From the NCBI GenBank assembly GCA_964407715.1, contig CAYOWP010000001.1, forward strand, positions 62,652-126,651: a DNA stretch of 64,000 nucleotides, given 5' to 3'. Position numbers and translations under genes: made by a program. The notes beneath the pieces are model-generated. The model did not search any database and had not been told where the DNA came from. It worked only from the letters and a program-made list of their open reading frames with translations. This stretch comes from an uncultured archaeon. Lineage in GTDB: Archaea > EX4484-52 > JAADEF01. This document shows, one piece after another, positions 20,046 to 29,764 of the stretch (positions are counted from its first letter, which is position 1; each line of letters opens with the position of its first letter).

Positions 20046-20590
20046 CAGTTAACGAAAAAATGTGCTTCTTGATATCTCTCAGGTTTGCAGCATGGTAATC
20101 TCAATAAAGGGTTAGCTGCTTTCTAACCGCTTCGGAAAGGTTAGTATGTTCTGATATGCTATTGATAAAGTACTCTTCCTGTTAACCAATATTTTATTTT
20201 GAACCCTCTCGCAGCATACTACCCTCTACAAAAGCCATCAATGTGTTCGCATAAGGTTTATTATGCGAATTTTATTACTTGGTTAAGGGAAAGCATAGCC
20301 ATATCCAAAAACCACTTTCAAGCAGCTAACCCTTTATTGAGGTTACCATGCAGCAATGTGGTTGTGAAAGTGATTTCCTCCCATTAACCATTTTTATTTT
20401 GGTTAACGGGCAGCATAACCTATTCATTCAGCATATCGAAGCAGCTAACCTTCTTAAGCGGTTAGTATGCTGCAATGTGCCTTAAAGAGGTGATATCCTC
20501 CCGTTAACCTTTTATTTTAAATAAAAATGGTTAAGGGGAAGAATCCCTTCTTAAAAAAAGTGTATCGAAGCAGCTAACCTTTATAGAAGG
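20046..20590. repeat. Array of phased palindromic modules surrounding the dif-like site
   Basis: Unit 20046-20188 and partial 20211-20234 in one orientation; 20280-20390, 20400-20510 and half unit 20528-20590 in the other. Confidence 0.9.
20244..20271. other. Candidate dif (Xer recombination) site
   Basis: TGTTCGCATAA-GGTTTA-TTATGCGAATT: 11-6-11 layout, symmetric arms resembling the E. coli dif XerC arm GGTGCGCATAA; xerA is 10 kb away. Confidence 0.8.
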
Positions 20591-20674
20591 AATTGTTCGC
20601 ATAAAAATATTTCCTTTAAGATATATTTTGCAGTGTATTAACATATTTTTGTTGAAATACTATGAAATATATAT

Positions 20675-21007
20675 TTGATGATATATAATTGGGGACATAG
20701 AAATCGTAAAAATTTTAAAACTTTTCTATTTAAAGAAAAAATAAATATTCCTACATATTATGGGATGTTAGAATATAAAGGACATTATTTTCTTATCATG
20801 GAAAAAATAAATGGAATAACTTTAGCAGATCTCTATAACGACAAGGAGATTCAATATAAGATAATAAGAAACATTGAAAAGAAACTAGAAAAGATCCCTA
20901 AAATAAAAGAAGTTAAAGACAGACATGCATATAATGTTATGATAAATAACAAAAACAAACTTTATCTTATTGATTTAGAAGGAATAAAGATAAATGATTT
21001 CGCATAA
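20675..21007 (+). pseudogene. Truncated protein-kinase-like (RIO/APH-like) ORF
   Basis: IPTYYG, LIMEKING.TL, DRHAYNVM, LYLIDLE; N-lobe ATP-binding part and ATG start missing. Confidence 0.55.
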
Positions 21008-21088
21008 CCTGAAAAAATAAAATATATATTAGAATATATACAATATTGAATAGAAATATTTTTAAAATGTAACTACTATATAATAATT

Positions 21089-21655
21089 ATGGATGGAAAT
21101 TATAAAAAGAAAATATCTCGTAGGGAGTTTTTAGAGAGGTCTTTGATTTTAGGGGGAGCATCCTGTGTTGCATTGAGTGGACTTTATAATATTGCCAAAC
21201 AATTTTTTCCTTCACTATCACATATTTATTATGAAAATCAATTCAACAATATCATCAAAAAGAGTGAAAGAAAATATAATTATGTCCGTTTATCTAACAT
21301 TAAAAGTGCTAAAGAAATGTTAAATAGGATCTATATGGAAAAGAATATGATACTAACCATCTATGCAAATGCCAAAGATGTTAAAGAGAAAGGGATAATA
21401 GAGAATGTTTATAGATGTATAGTAAAAGAAGTATACAAGCAAAATCCCAAATTAGTAATAGATTATGCAAAACAAATGCTAAATAAAGATCCTTTTAAAA
21501 ACCATGATATTTCTTTATATTTTGTGATTAAACCCAACAAGTCATCAAATCTTATAATGTATGATTCTTATAAAAATAAGGGAGTTATCATAAATGCTGC
21601 GAATCTCTCTAAAACCACTTATATTATTTCCTATTCTGTTTTTTCATTAAGATAG
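21089..21655 (+). CDS. Hypothetical protein with twin-arginine-like signal
   Basis: ISRREFL followed by a hydrophobic stretch. Confidence 0.6.
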   Translation: MDGNYKKKISRREFLERSLILGGASCVALSGLYNIAKQFFPSLSHIYYENQFNNIIKKSERKYNYVRLSNIKSAKEMLNRIYMEKNMILTIYANAKDVKEKGIIENVYRCIVKEVYKQNPKLVIDYAKQMLNKDPFKNHDISLYFVIKPNKSSNLIMYDSYKNKGVIINAANLSKTTYIISYSVFSLR

Positions 21656-21678
21656 TTGCCGGTTGTTACAAAAACCTT

Positions 21679-22920
21679 TTACAGTTTATACCTCAAAATA
21701 GCCCCAATACCTGAGAACATACAAAATTGTTTTCCTTCTGGAGATTCATCACTTATTACATAAACCTCTGTTCCATAGAGATTTGCTTGCTCTTTAATCA
21801 ATTTGAGATAATGCTCCTTCTCATAACTAACTTCATCACTTCCACAAAATGGACATCTCAAAGAGATGCTCTCCCCTTTTCTTATTATCCTATAGAACTC
21901 TCCACCACAAGCATTGCACTTTGCTTTTATGCCTTCAAAATCCGCATTTCCTGAAATAAGAAGCTTCCCCACAGCTCCTTGTTCCAATGCTTCCATTACA
22001 TCATCAAACCCATACCTTACCAATGCCTCATTTTTGTTAAGCATAGAAAAAAATTCATTAACAACCTTTTTTTCTTTAAGATACTCACTTTCCCTAATAA
22101 GTTCCTCCCCTCTTTCAATAGCCTCTTTCAAGCCAGGTTCACCAGCATAGCCAGTATCAACAAGCCCTAAAACCTTTCTCTTAAGATTCTCAGGAAGATA
22201 GTTTCCATCATAAAACTCTTGTTTAAGAGGACCTGGCCCGCCAATAATAATGCCTTTTAGATTCTCTACACCTTCAAAAATTGATTTTGCAGTTTCTCCA
22301 AGTTCTTTAAGATAAGCATTTAATAACCCCTCTCTTACACGCATAAACCTTTGAGCACTTTGTCCTCCTTTTGCTGTTTTACCTGGCACTAAACTTTCGA
22401 TTCTCTTAATCATCTCTATCCTTTTGCCTTTAAGAAAACCTATTGCAGCTTCTTGTCTATCCAACGAGATAATCCCATAAACATCCTTGCTTTCTAAAAG
22501 AGATTCCAAGATATCAGTTACAAATACCTGGTCACATCTATATAGCTTCACATTTATGGGATCTGGAGGTTCAATCTTCCAAATTCTAATATCCTGTGAT
22601 CCTTCTTTTTCTGATACATTTCCTGCAAAGATTACCATGCCATTTTTTGGGGTTTGATTAAAATACTTTAATGCGTTTGCTATCTTAGATAGCGCACTTA
22701 TCACATTGTTTCTTGTGGTCTTTGATTTGATATTTTGCGCAGTACTTATCTCCTTAGATACCATATCTTTAATCTCATTAATATTATATCCTGCAGGTAT
22801 GTAAATACTAACTAGCTCAGTATGTCTACCCCTAATTGATTTCAAAAAATCAAGAAGATATCTTAACTCATCCTTGTCTGGTCTCAATATGCTTTCTTCA
22901 TATATGTTAAATAATATCAC
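21679..22920 (-). CDS. prf1: Peptide chain release factor aRF1
   Basis: NIKS, YRCD, GGQSAQRF, CxxC-CxxC minidomain, GIGAILRY. Confidence 0.96.
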   Translation of the reverse strand: MILFNIYEESILRPDKDELRYLLDFLKSIRGRHTELVSIYIPAGYNINEIKDMVSKEISTAQNIKSKTTRNNVISALSKIANALKYFNQTPKNGMVIFAGNVSEKEGSQDIRIWKIEPPDPINVKLYRCDQVFVTDILESLLESKDVYGIISLDRQEAAIGFLKGKRIEMIKRIESLVPGKTAKGGQSAQRFMRVREGLLNAYLKELGETAKSIFEGVENLKGIIIGGPGPLKQEFYDGNYLPENLKRKVLGLVDTGYAGEPGLKEAIERGEELIRESEYLKEKKVVNEFFSMLNKNEALVRYGFDDVMEALEQGAVGKLLISGNADFEGIKAKCNACGGEFYRIIRKGESISLRCPFCGSDEVSYEKEHYLKLIKEQANLYGTEVYVISDESPEGKQFCMFSGIGAILRYKL

Positions 22921-22923
22921 CTC

Positions 22924-23382
22924 TTAATAAATCCAATCCTCATCAATTCTTTTGTATTCTATGATTTCATTTATATTGAAAAATAAATCGATCTCCCTAT
23001 CTGCAGATTCTTTGCTATCAGATGCATGAATTATATTTTTGCCGATATGCAATCCATAATCATGTCTTATAGTTCCAGGTAATGCTTCCTCTGGATTTGT
23101 TGCACCAACCATTTTTCTCACATTGGATATAGCATTTCTTCCTTCAACTACAAACACAACAATGGGCCCAGAAGTAATAAATTCAACCAATTCTTTATAG
23201 AAAGGTTTATCTTTATGCTCAATATAATGCTTTTCAGCCAATTTTGGGTCAACTTTCATCATCTTTAACCCAATAATTTTAAATCCTTTTTTCTCAAATC
23301 GTGAGATTATTTCTCCCATAAACCCTCTTTGAATGGCATCTGGTTTCAAAATAACCAAAGTTCTCTCTATATTTCCAGCCAT
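22924..23382 (-). CDS. ndk: Nucleoside diphosphate kinase
   Basis: ERTLVILKPDA, PGTIR, NIIHASDS. Confidence 0.97.
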   Translation of the reverse strand: MAGNIERTLVILKPDAIQRGFMGEIISRFEKKGFKIIGLKMMKVDPKLAEKHYIEHKDKPFYKELVEFITSGPIVVFVVEGRNAISNVRKMVGATNPEEALPGTIRHDYGLHIGKNIIHASDSKESADREIDLFFNINEIIEYKRIDEDWIY

Positions 23383-23389
23383 GTTTTAC

Positions 23390-23620
23390 TCAACCTCCTT
23401 TAATTCTTTTTCTAAGAGGATTTTTGTGTTTGATTGTTTTTAAGTGTATTTCCTTTGCTTTCCTATATTTCTTTGTCCATTTTACTTTTGCAGGATTTCT
23501 CATATGAAAGTTCGCATAACATTTATGAGAGCAGAAGTAAAATACTTCTCCATTATTTTTTACAAGCATTATTCCTTTACCCTCTTTCACATTATTACCA
23601 CAAAATGCACATATAAACAT
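23390..23620 (-). CDS. rpl24e: 50S ribosomal protein L24e
   Basis: CAFCG...GKGIMLV...FCSHKC...KVKWT. Confidence 0.93.
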   Translation of the reverse strand: MFICAFCGNNVKEGKGIMLVKNNGEVFYFCSHKCYANFHMRNPAKVKWTKKYRKAKEIHLKTIKHKNPLRKRIKGG

Positions 23621-23636
23621 AAAGCATTACCTCCCT

Positions 23637-23834
23637 TTATTCTATAACTCCCGCAACTTCCATAGCAACCTCTTTAATCATAACAATATCTCCTACCTTA
23701 ATTGGTCCCATCACATTTCTTATCACAATCTTATCTTTATACTTTCCCTCAAGGATCTTGCATCTTACTCTTTTAACTCCTTTAGTACCTGCAATATCCA
23801 ATATTGCAATTACCTCTGCAGGAACAGCACTCAT
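23637..23834 (-). CDS. rps28e: 30S ribosomal protein S28e
   Basis: PAEVI, VRCKILEG, RNVMGP.VGD; synteny. Confidence 0.92.
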   Translation of the reverse strand: MSAVPAEVIAILDIAGTKGVKRVRCKILEGKYKDKIVIRNVMGPIKVGDIVMIKEVAMEVAGVIE

Positions 23835-23849
23835 CTATAACACCTCTTT

Positions 23850-24215
23850 TTATTTAGTTAGTTCCTCAAATTTTTTTAGAAGAGCCTCAAATTCTTTTTT
23901 TGCTCTTCCAATATCTATTACAGCAACAGATGATGCATTAACATCTATTCCTGCGGCTTTTCCTAATTGTTCTTTACTCTTTACAGGAATTAAAGGTACA
24001 TTTTTCTCCTTAGCTAATGCGGGTAAATGCATCACTATTTCAATAGGATCAACATCTTCAGCAACCACAACAAGTTTTGCAAAACCTCTCTCCAAGGACT
24101 TTGTGGTTTCATTAACACCTCTTTTTATTTTTCCACCTTTTTCTCTTACGGTTTCAAGGAAATCATACACCTCCTCGCTAAATTCCTCTGGAAGTTCCTT
24201 ATCTATAATCTTCAT
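23850..24215 (-). CDS. rpl7ae: Ribosomal protein L7Ae
   Basis: GVNETTK, AEDVDPIEIVMHLP, LGKAAGI. Confidence 0.95.
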   Translation of the reverse strand: MKIIDKELPEEFSEEVYDFLETVREKGGKIKRGVNETTKSLERGFAKLVVVAEDVDPIEIVMHLPALAKEKNVPLIPVKSKEQLGKAAGIDVNASSVAVIDIGRAKKEFEALLKKFEELTK

Positions 24216-24261
24216 ATTTCATCTCCTCCATTTGCTTTTTCATTGTCATTGATCATCAAAA

Positions 24262-24334
24262 CGCCCCGGCCAGGACTCGAACCTGGGACCTCGTGGTTAA
24301 CAGCCACGCGCTCTACCTACTGAGCTACCGGGGC
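24262..24334 (-). tRNA. tRNA-Asn(GTT)
   Basis: Anticodon arm CGTGG-CTGTTAA-CCACG, GGTTCGAGTCC T-arm. Confidence 0.96.
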
Positions 24335-24349
24335 TTAGCATTTATTATA

Positions 24350-24423
24350 TGGACCCCGTGGGATTCGAACCCACGGCCTCCCGCTTGCAAGGCGGGCGTT
24401 CTACCAGACTGAACTAGGGGCCC
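24350..24423 (-). tRNA. tRNA-Ala(TGC)
   Basis: Anticodon arm CCCGC-CTTGCAA-GCGGG; G3:U70 identity pair. Confidence 0.96.
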
Positions 24424-24520
24424 TCAATAAACCTCTAACAAAAATAGATAACCATACCTATCATATCAATTTAAATAAAACACATATAATTTTAAAAATA
24501 TTTCCATATAAAATTTTAGT

Positions 24521-25210
24521 ATGAAAGAAAAAAGCAAAGGAACTCTAAGTATCCAATTTATCCTTGGTACAACATTTTTTGTATTGGTTGTAATATTTTC
24601 GATTATGATTCTTGTAGTATATTCTTTCAAATATTTCTCATATATGTATAAAAAAGAGCTTTATTTAGAAGGTTTAAGAATCATAGATAACTTCTATTCT
24701 TTAGCATACTTACCCAATAACACATTAAATTCAACCTTCTTTAATATGATTCAAAGATGCGAATCTTCTCCTTTTTTTGATCCTACAATAGGGATCAATA
24801 GAGAGTATATTCAACTTGTGAATATGATTTCAAAAGAGAAAATTAATTCTATGAGTATAAAAAGAGAAATTTATCTTGTATTATACGCTCCTTATATGTA
24901 TAATTTCACATCACATATAGGAAAATTCAATCATACAATTGAAATAAGAATAGAAAGAAAAGATTCAGAACATCCTTATGAATATCTCTATTTTGATAAC
25001 AAGTATTATAGATCAGGGGATCTCATAAATTATAAAAATAAGACATTTATCTTGGATTATATTGATAAGGATGGTTATGTTGCATTTTTAAAAACTAACA
25101 TATCATATATTTGCGGTCCAAAACTTCCAAAAGATAAAGAAATAATATCCCTTAGTTTATACATAGATAGATATGGATATTTAGAAAAATATATATTTTA
25201 TATATGGTGA
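24521..25210 (+). CDS. Membrane-anchored protein with class III (pilin-like) signal
   Basis: KSKG|TLSIQF plus hydrophobic helix. Confidence 0.55.
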   Translation: MKEKSKGTLSIQFILGTTFFVLVVIFSIMILVVYSFKYFSYMYKKELYLEGLRIIDNFYSLAYLPNNTLNSTFFNMIQRCESSPFFDPTIGINREYIQLVNMISKEKINSMSIKREIYLVLYAPYMYNFTSHIGKFNHTIEIRIERKDSEHPYEYLYFDNKYYRSGDLINYKNKTFILDYIDKDGYVAFLKTNISYICGPKLPKDKEIISLSLYIDRYGYLEKYIFYIW

Positions 25211-25216
25211 AATAAA

Positions 25217-27175
25217 ATGAAAAAAAATAAAAAGATAATTAAAGGATTAATATATGGATTTGAAGCTATGTTTGCAGGAATACTTATAATGCTTTATCTT
25301 ACAATGATGATTAAAGATTTTAAGGAATATTCAGGGGAGGAAGAAAAAATTCTTTTATATAGAAAATCTATAATGTCTTTTGAAAGATATCTCTCTCAAT
25401 CAGAAGATTTCAGAAATTTGCTAAATGAAGGTGAGGAAAAAGTGTTGCCTATATTTAATTATTTTTTATCTCCAATCTCAAGTTACGATGTTTATATTTA
25501 CAAAAAACCTAAACATAAGCCAATTATTGGTATATATACATATAAGAATAGATCAATAAGAACAAACTTCTCAACATTATACTTCTTAAATATAAGTGAA
25601 TGTAGAAAAAAAGTCTCAATAACTTTACCAAACAATACAGAATGTAAAGAAGGATATTCGTCAAAAATAGATTTTTCATATTTGTTATTGAAGATAAAAG
25701 ATAAAAGGACTTTTATATATTTTCTATTTATCGATAAAAATAAAGATGGAACTTATCAACCACAATATCAAGAGGGTCCCTTTGTTGAAGAAAATATTGT
25801 TACTATAGGAAATACTTCCATTTATGTAGATGAATTAACGGAAGATGATAATGTATCATTTATGTATGTAATGGATAATAAAGAAAAAGCCTTGTTATAT
25901 TTTATTCGCAATACTTTTCTTCAAAAAATAGATAATGTATCTTTTATTCCTAGAATTTCATTTCTTACAGAAGAAGGAAATCTTGATAGGTTTGATGTAG
26001 TATTTCTGAATAAATCATTCCAATCCACTGCATTCCCAGATAAATTATATTCATATTTTTTAAATGGAGGAAATATTATAATATCAAAAAATAGGAACCT
26101 TATTCCTTTCCTTACAAAAGTTGGATTTAAAAATTTATCCTTATATTACGTTATAGATAATGAATCTTCAAATGGGGCTTATGGATATATAAATAATAAG
26201 ATAGAGGAAAACATAAGAAAATATCAGATATTAGGATATTATAATAACACTCCAATTAAACTTAATCTCTATCATCCTTCTTCTTCATGTAGTTATAATT
26301 CGCTACAACCTTATGATGCATTAAAAATTGCCTCATTAAATTTAACAAAAAGATATTTTATTGCTGTAAAATGGTATAATAATAGTATAGAAATCTTTGT
26401 GGATTATGATGGAGATTGCAATTTTGATGAATCTCCAGATAATCAATCTTTATCAGTAGGAGATAATTTTAAAATAGAAAAGATTCTTTTTGAAATTTAT
26501 TCTGTAAATAGCGAACATATCACTTTAAAGATTGTAAATGGATATATAGGATTGATAAATGTTCCGCTTTATGATCTCATGATATATACTAATAAAGATA
26601 CTACAGAGAGAAATTATAATGCATTGTTATCTATTAAAAATGTTTACCTTGCACTTTCTGATAGTTATAAAATAGGAGATAATATTGATATTCCTCTCAC
26701 TAATGTAAGTACAAATTTATGGAAGGGAGTTTTAAATTTAAATATCAATCATACCTATATATTTTATGTTGAAAAAAAAGGAGATGACGAATATTTATAC
26801 TTTGAAAACAACCCTCTCCTTAAATATAGATCAGGAGATTTTATGAGAATAGATACAGAAATCTTTGTAGTAATGTTTAATACTACTTTATCTTCAAATG
26901 TTAGATTTGTATTAGCTGAGAGAAATGAGGTGCCTATAGTTACAGATATAAGAAATAATATGGGAGGAGATGTAATATATTACTATGCAAATATTAATAA
27001 ACTCTCTGAAAAAACATTACTTGTTGATCTTTTATTTTTTGTATTAAATAATGAAAAAATAGAGATATATAGATCAGATAAAAAAGAGGCGAACACAGGA
27101 TTAGTATTATATCCTATAAAAATGGGAAAAAATACTAAGAATACATGTTTAATAGGAATAAGGAGGTATGTATAA
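25217..27175 (+). CDS. Large exported protein with class III-like signal
   Basis: IKG|LIYGFEAM plus hydrophobic helix; N/Y/I-rich extracellular region. Confidence 0.55.
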   Translation: MKKNKKIIKGLIYGFEAMFAGILIMLYLTMMIKDFKEYSGEEEKILLYRKSIMSFERYLSQSEDFRNLLNEGEEKVLPIFNYFLSPISSYDVYIYKKPKHKPIIGIYTYKNRSIRTNFSTLYFLNISECRKKVSITLPNNTECKEGYSSKIDFSYLLLKIKDKRTFIYFLFIDKNKDGTYQPQYQEGPFVEENIVTIGNTSIYVDELTEDDNVSFMYVMDNKEKALLYFIRNTFLQKIDNVSFIPRISFLTEEGNLDRFDVVFLNKSFQSTAFPDKLYSYFLNGGNIIISKNRNLIPFLTKVGFKNLSLYYVIDNESSNGAYGYINNKIEENIRKYQILGYYNNTPIKLNLYHPSSSCSYNSLQPYDALKIASLNLTKRYFIAVKWYNNSIEIFVDYDGDCNFDESPDNQSLSVGDNFKIEKILFEIYSVNSEHITLKIVNGYIGLINVPLYDLMIYTNKDTTERNYNALLSIKNVYLALSDSYKIGDNIDIPLTNVSTNLWKGVLNLNINHTYIFYVEKKGDDEYLYFENNPLLKYRSGDFMRIDTEIFVVMFNTTLSSNVRFVLAERNEVPIVTDIRNNMGGDVIYYYANINKLSEKTLLVDLLFFVLNNEKIEIYRSDKKEANTGLVLYPIKMGKNTKNTCLIGIRRYV

Positions 27176-27537
27176 TGAAGAAAAAAAAGAAAGGAGAATT
27201 TTTTATGATTTCAAGTTTTATAGTAATATTTTTGATGTATTTGTTTAGTATAGCAATTATAAAACAAGAATCTTTATCATATAGAGATTTAGAATATTTG
27301 GAAAAGAGCGAGGAAATTCTATTTTATGTTAATAGCACAATGAAGAAAATAGATTTGACAGACAAAAATGATACTTATATTTTGTTGCTTAATTTGCAAC
27401 ATGATCTCAAATTAATCTCAAAATTAAACAATATGGAGAAGGTAAAGTTAGATTATGTATATGATGAAAGTATTGGTAAATGGAATGTTACTTTAAAAAT
27501 TGATAATAAGTATATTTATATTGAAAAATCATGGTAA
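27175..27537 (+). CDS. Small pilin-like protein
   Basis: MKKKKKG|EFFMIS plus hydrophobic helix (ATG 27175 after GGAGG). Confidence 0.55.
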   Translation: MKKKKKGEFFMISSFIVIFLMYLFSIAIIKQESLSYRDLEYLEKSEEILFYVNSTMKKIDLTDKNDTYILLLNLQHDLKLISKLNNMEKVKLDYVYDESIGKWNVTLKIDNKYIYIEKSW

Positions 27538-27553
27538 AAGGAGGTGCAATAAC

Positions 27554-27823
27554 ATGGGAAGAAAAGTATTGATAACATATAAAGTAATGCCAGCAGATGT
27601 TGATGTAAATCTTGAGGAATTGAAATCAAAGATAATCGAAAGCATATCTGATAAATGCGAGATAAAAGACACTAAAGAAGAGCCAATAGCATTTGGATTA
27701 AAGGCTTTAAAAATTCTTGTAATGATAGAGGAAAAAGAGGGTCTTGCTGAGAAAATAGAGAACAGCATTCTTAATATTGACAAGGTTGAATCTGTGGAAG
27801 TAGAAAGTCTAACATTAATATGA
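27554..27823 (+). CDS. ef1b: Translation elongation factor aEF-1 beta
   Basis: KVMPAD, EEPIAFGLKAL, VESVEV; ATG 27554 after GGAGG. Confidence 0.93.
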   Translation: MGRKVLITYKVMPADVDVNLEELKSKIIESISDKCEIKDTKEEPIAFGLKALKILVMIEEKEGLAEKIENSILNIDKVESVEVESLTLI

Positions 27824-27824
27824 C

Positions 27825-28502
27825 TCAAAATAATCTTTTTTGTTTTATTTTTCCTTTTATATTATAGATAGTGCTCCACATTGTCCTTGCCTCTTCTGGA
27901 AATTTTTTGTTCTCCTTGAAAAAATTTTCCAAGAATGTAATTGTTCTTCTATCAGAAGGATACCCACTGCCAATATCACCATACTTTTCATATTTTTTTC
28001 GTATTGCATCCATTTCCCTCTCGCGATAATACTTTGCAATTATGCTCGCAGCAGATACAACTTCATATTTACTATCTGCTCCATGCTCCACCACAAAAAC
28101 CTTTTTTGGAAACTTATCATTAAATGCAACCTTTAATTTATTTGCATTTGGATAAAAGGCATCTATAAAGATTTTTGATGCCTTAGTTTTTTCAATCAAT
28201 TTTGAGAATCCTGCATACTCTATCTCATTTAATGTGTTAAACATCATATAAGCATTAATTTTGTATGGATCAATAATCTCTACAAATACGTTATTTGCGA
28301 TTTTCTTTATTTGCTTAAAAAGAAAACTTATGTTATTAAAAGAAAGCTCTTTGCTATCTCTAACATTGATTTCCCTTAGAAGTTCTATATCTTTTTCGTA
28401 TATCTCAACCCCTGCAATAATCAACGGCCCAAGAACAGGACCTCTACCTGCCTCATCTATGCCAAAAATCATATTATTTCTTTTCATATTCTTTATTTTC
28501 AT
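27825..28502 (-). CDS. rnhB: Ribonuclease HII
   Basis: GIDEAGRGPVLGP, RDSK, VSAASIIAK, GSGYPSD. Confidence 0.95.
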   Translation of the reverse strand: MKIKNMKRNNMIFGIDEAGRGPVLGPLIIAGVEIYEKDIELLREINVRDSKELSFNNISFLFKQIKKIANNVFVEIIDPYKINAYMMFNTLNEIEYAGFSKLIEKTKASKIFIDAFYPNANKLKVAFNDKFPKKVFVVEHGADSKYEVVSAASIIAKYYREREMDAIRKKYEKYGDIGSGYPSDRRTITFLENFFKENKKFPEEARTMWSTIYNIKGKIKQKRLF

Positions 28503-28821
28503 TTTTTCTTTTTAAAATATTATATATCCTCCGAATTGGTGAGGAAATAATCAGAATCATCTCCCTTATCACCTCATATACATTAACAAAAAGATTTAGG
28601 AACTCAAATAAGGCATATATCAAAAACACAAATGCCAAGAGAATCAAATAATGAATTATGGAGAGATTTAATGAAAAAACCCTTTCAACAATAAACAAAA
28701 CGATTAACGCAGAAATAGCAAGAATCATAAGATTTCTAAGAATATTAAATAAATAAAACAAAATCAAAATTGCTATTAAAATAAGAAATAGATAAAGAAA
28801 ATTTATTTCCATAATTCTCAT
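28474..28821 (-). CDS. Hydrophobic membrane protein
   Basis: Three TM segments, coupled with neighbours. Confidence 0.55.
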   Translation of the reverse strand: MRIMEINFLYLFLILIAILILFYLFNILRNLMILAISALIVLFIVERVFSLNLSIIHYLILLAFVFLIYALFEFLNLFVNVYEVIREMILIISSPIRRIYNILKRKNENKEYEKK

Positions 28822-29525
28822 CCTATTTTGGCTGGAGTTAATAACACATCTGTCTTTATTATTCCTTCTCCTTTAAATACAATCTTGTTTCCTTTTAAGG
28901 TAAGGGTACCTTTTATCCTCAGAATTTTTACATCTTTATTTGATGTAACATATGAAATTTTATCATTCTTTATTTTTATATTTATATTGCCTTTGAATCC
29001 CTTTAACTCTATAACATCTTGAGTTATATGCTCTAATTCCATTTTCTCTAAATCAGTAATAGAAGAATTGCAAAGTATTTTTCCTTCTTTCTCTATCTCA
29101 AAGCTTGCAGAAGGTAAAATAAGCTTTTTTACTTTTCCTTCAAGAATGAAAGTATTCATTTCAGGATAATAAAGAACATCACCGCTATAATTGATAAGAT
29201 TTACCTCTTTTTGTACATTTAATTTTCCAGAATCTAAGGAAATGTTTATAGGAGCGTCTTTCTTATATATAGCAATATTTATGTTATCGACTTTCATTCT
29301 TATATCTCCGTGAAAGCTGCCATTTAATTCTAAGAAAGCATAAATATACTCATTATCCTTCTCCTTAAATTTTGTTAAAAAACCAGAAGGAAGAGAATTA
29401 ACAAATCTTAAATCTGCAATAGAATCAAAATTGATATTTTTTTCATTAAAAAAGAGATATCCTGAAAGTAAAATGGCTGAGATGCCAAGTATCATAAAAG
29501 CTAATGCTCGATGAATTGCAGCCAT
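28818..29525 (-). CDS. Membrane-anchored hypothetical protein
   Basis: N-terminal TM, beta-rich remainder. Confidence 0.6.
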   Translation of the reverse strand: MAAIHRALAFMILGISAILLSGYLFFNEKNINFDSIADLRFVNSLPSGFLTKFKEKDNEYIYAFLELNGSFHGDIRMKVDNINIAIYKKDAPINISLDSGKLNVQKEVNLINYSGDVLYYPEMNTFILEGKVKKLILPSASFEIEKEGKILCNSSITDLEKMELEHITQDVIELKGFKGNINIKIKNDKISYVTSNKDVKILRIKGTLTLKGNKIVFKGEGIIKTDVLLTPAKIG

Positions 29526-29581
29526 AAGAATTATATTATTATAATAAACTTTTTAAATTTTTCTATACCGCAAATAATAAT

Positions 29582-29752
29582 ATGGTAAGATTAAACAAGA
29601 AATTAAAGAAGTACTTACCACAAACAACAGCAGGATTAGTAAGGTATTATGAAGAGGATCGCTCTAAGATTCAAATAGATCCAAAAACACTCATAGCTGT
29701 TTCATCTGCCTTAATTGTGATAGGAATTATATATCATCTCTTATTTTTATAA
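29582..29752 (+). CDS. secG: Preprotein translocase subunit Sec61-beta (not in ORF track)
   Basis: MVRLNKK...PQTTAGLVRYYEEDRSKIQIDPK plus C-terminal TM, 56 aa. Confidence 0.88.
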   Translation: MVRLNKKLKKYLPQTTAGLVRYYEEDRSKIQIDPKTLIAVSSALIVIGIIYHLLFL

Positions 29753-29764
29753 GGGAGATTTCCT

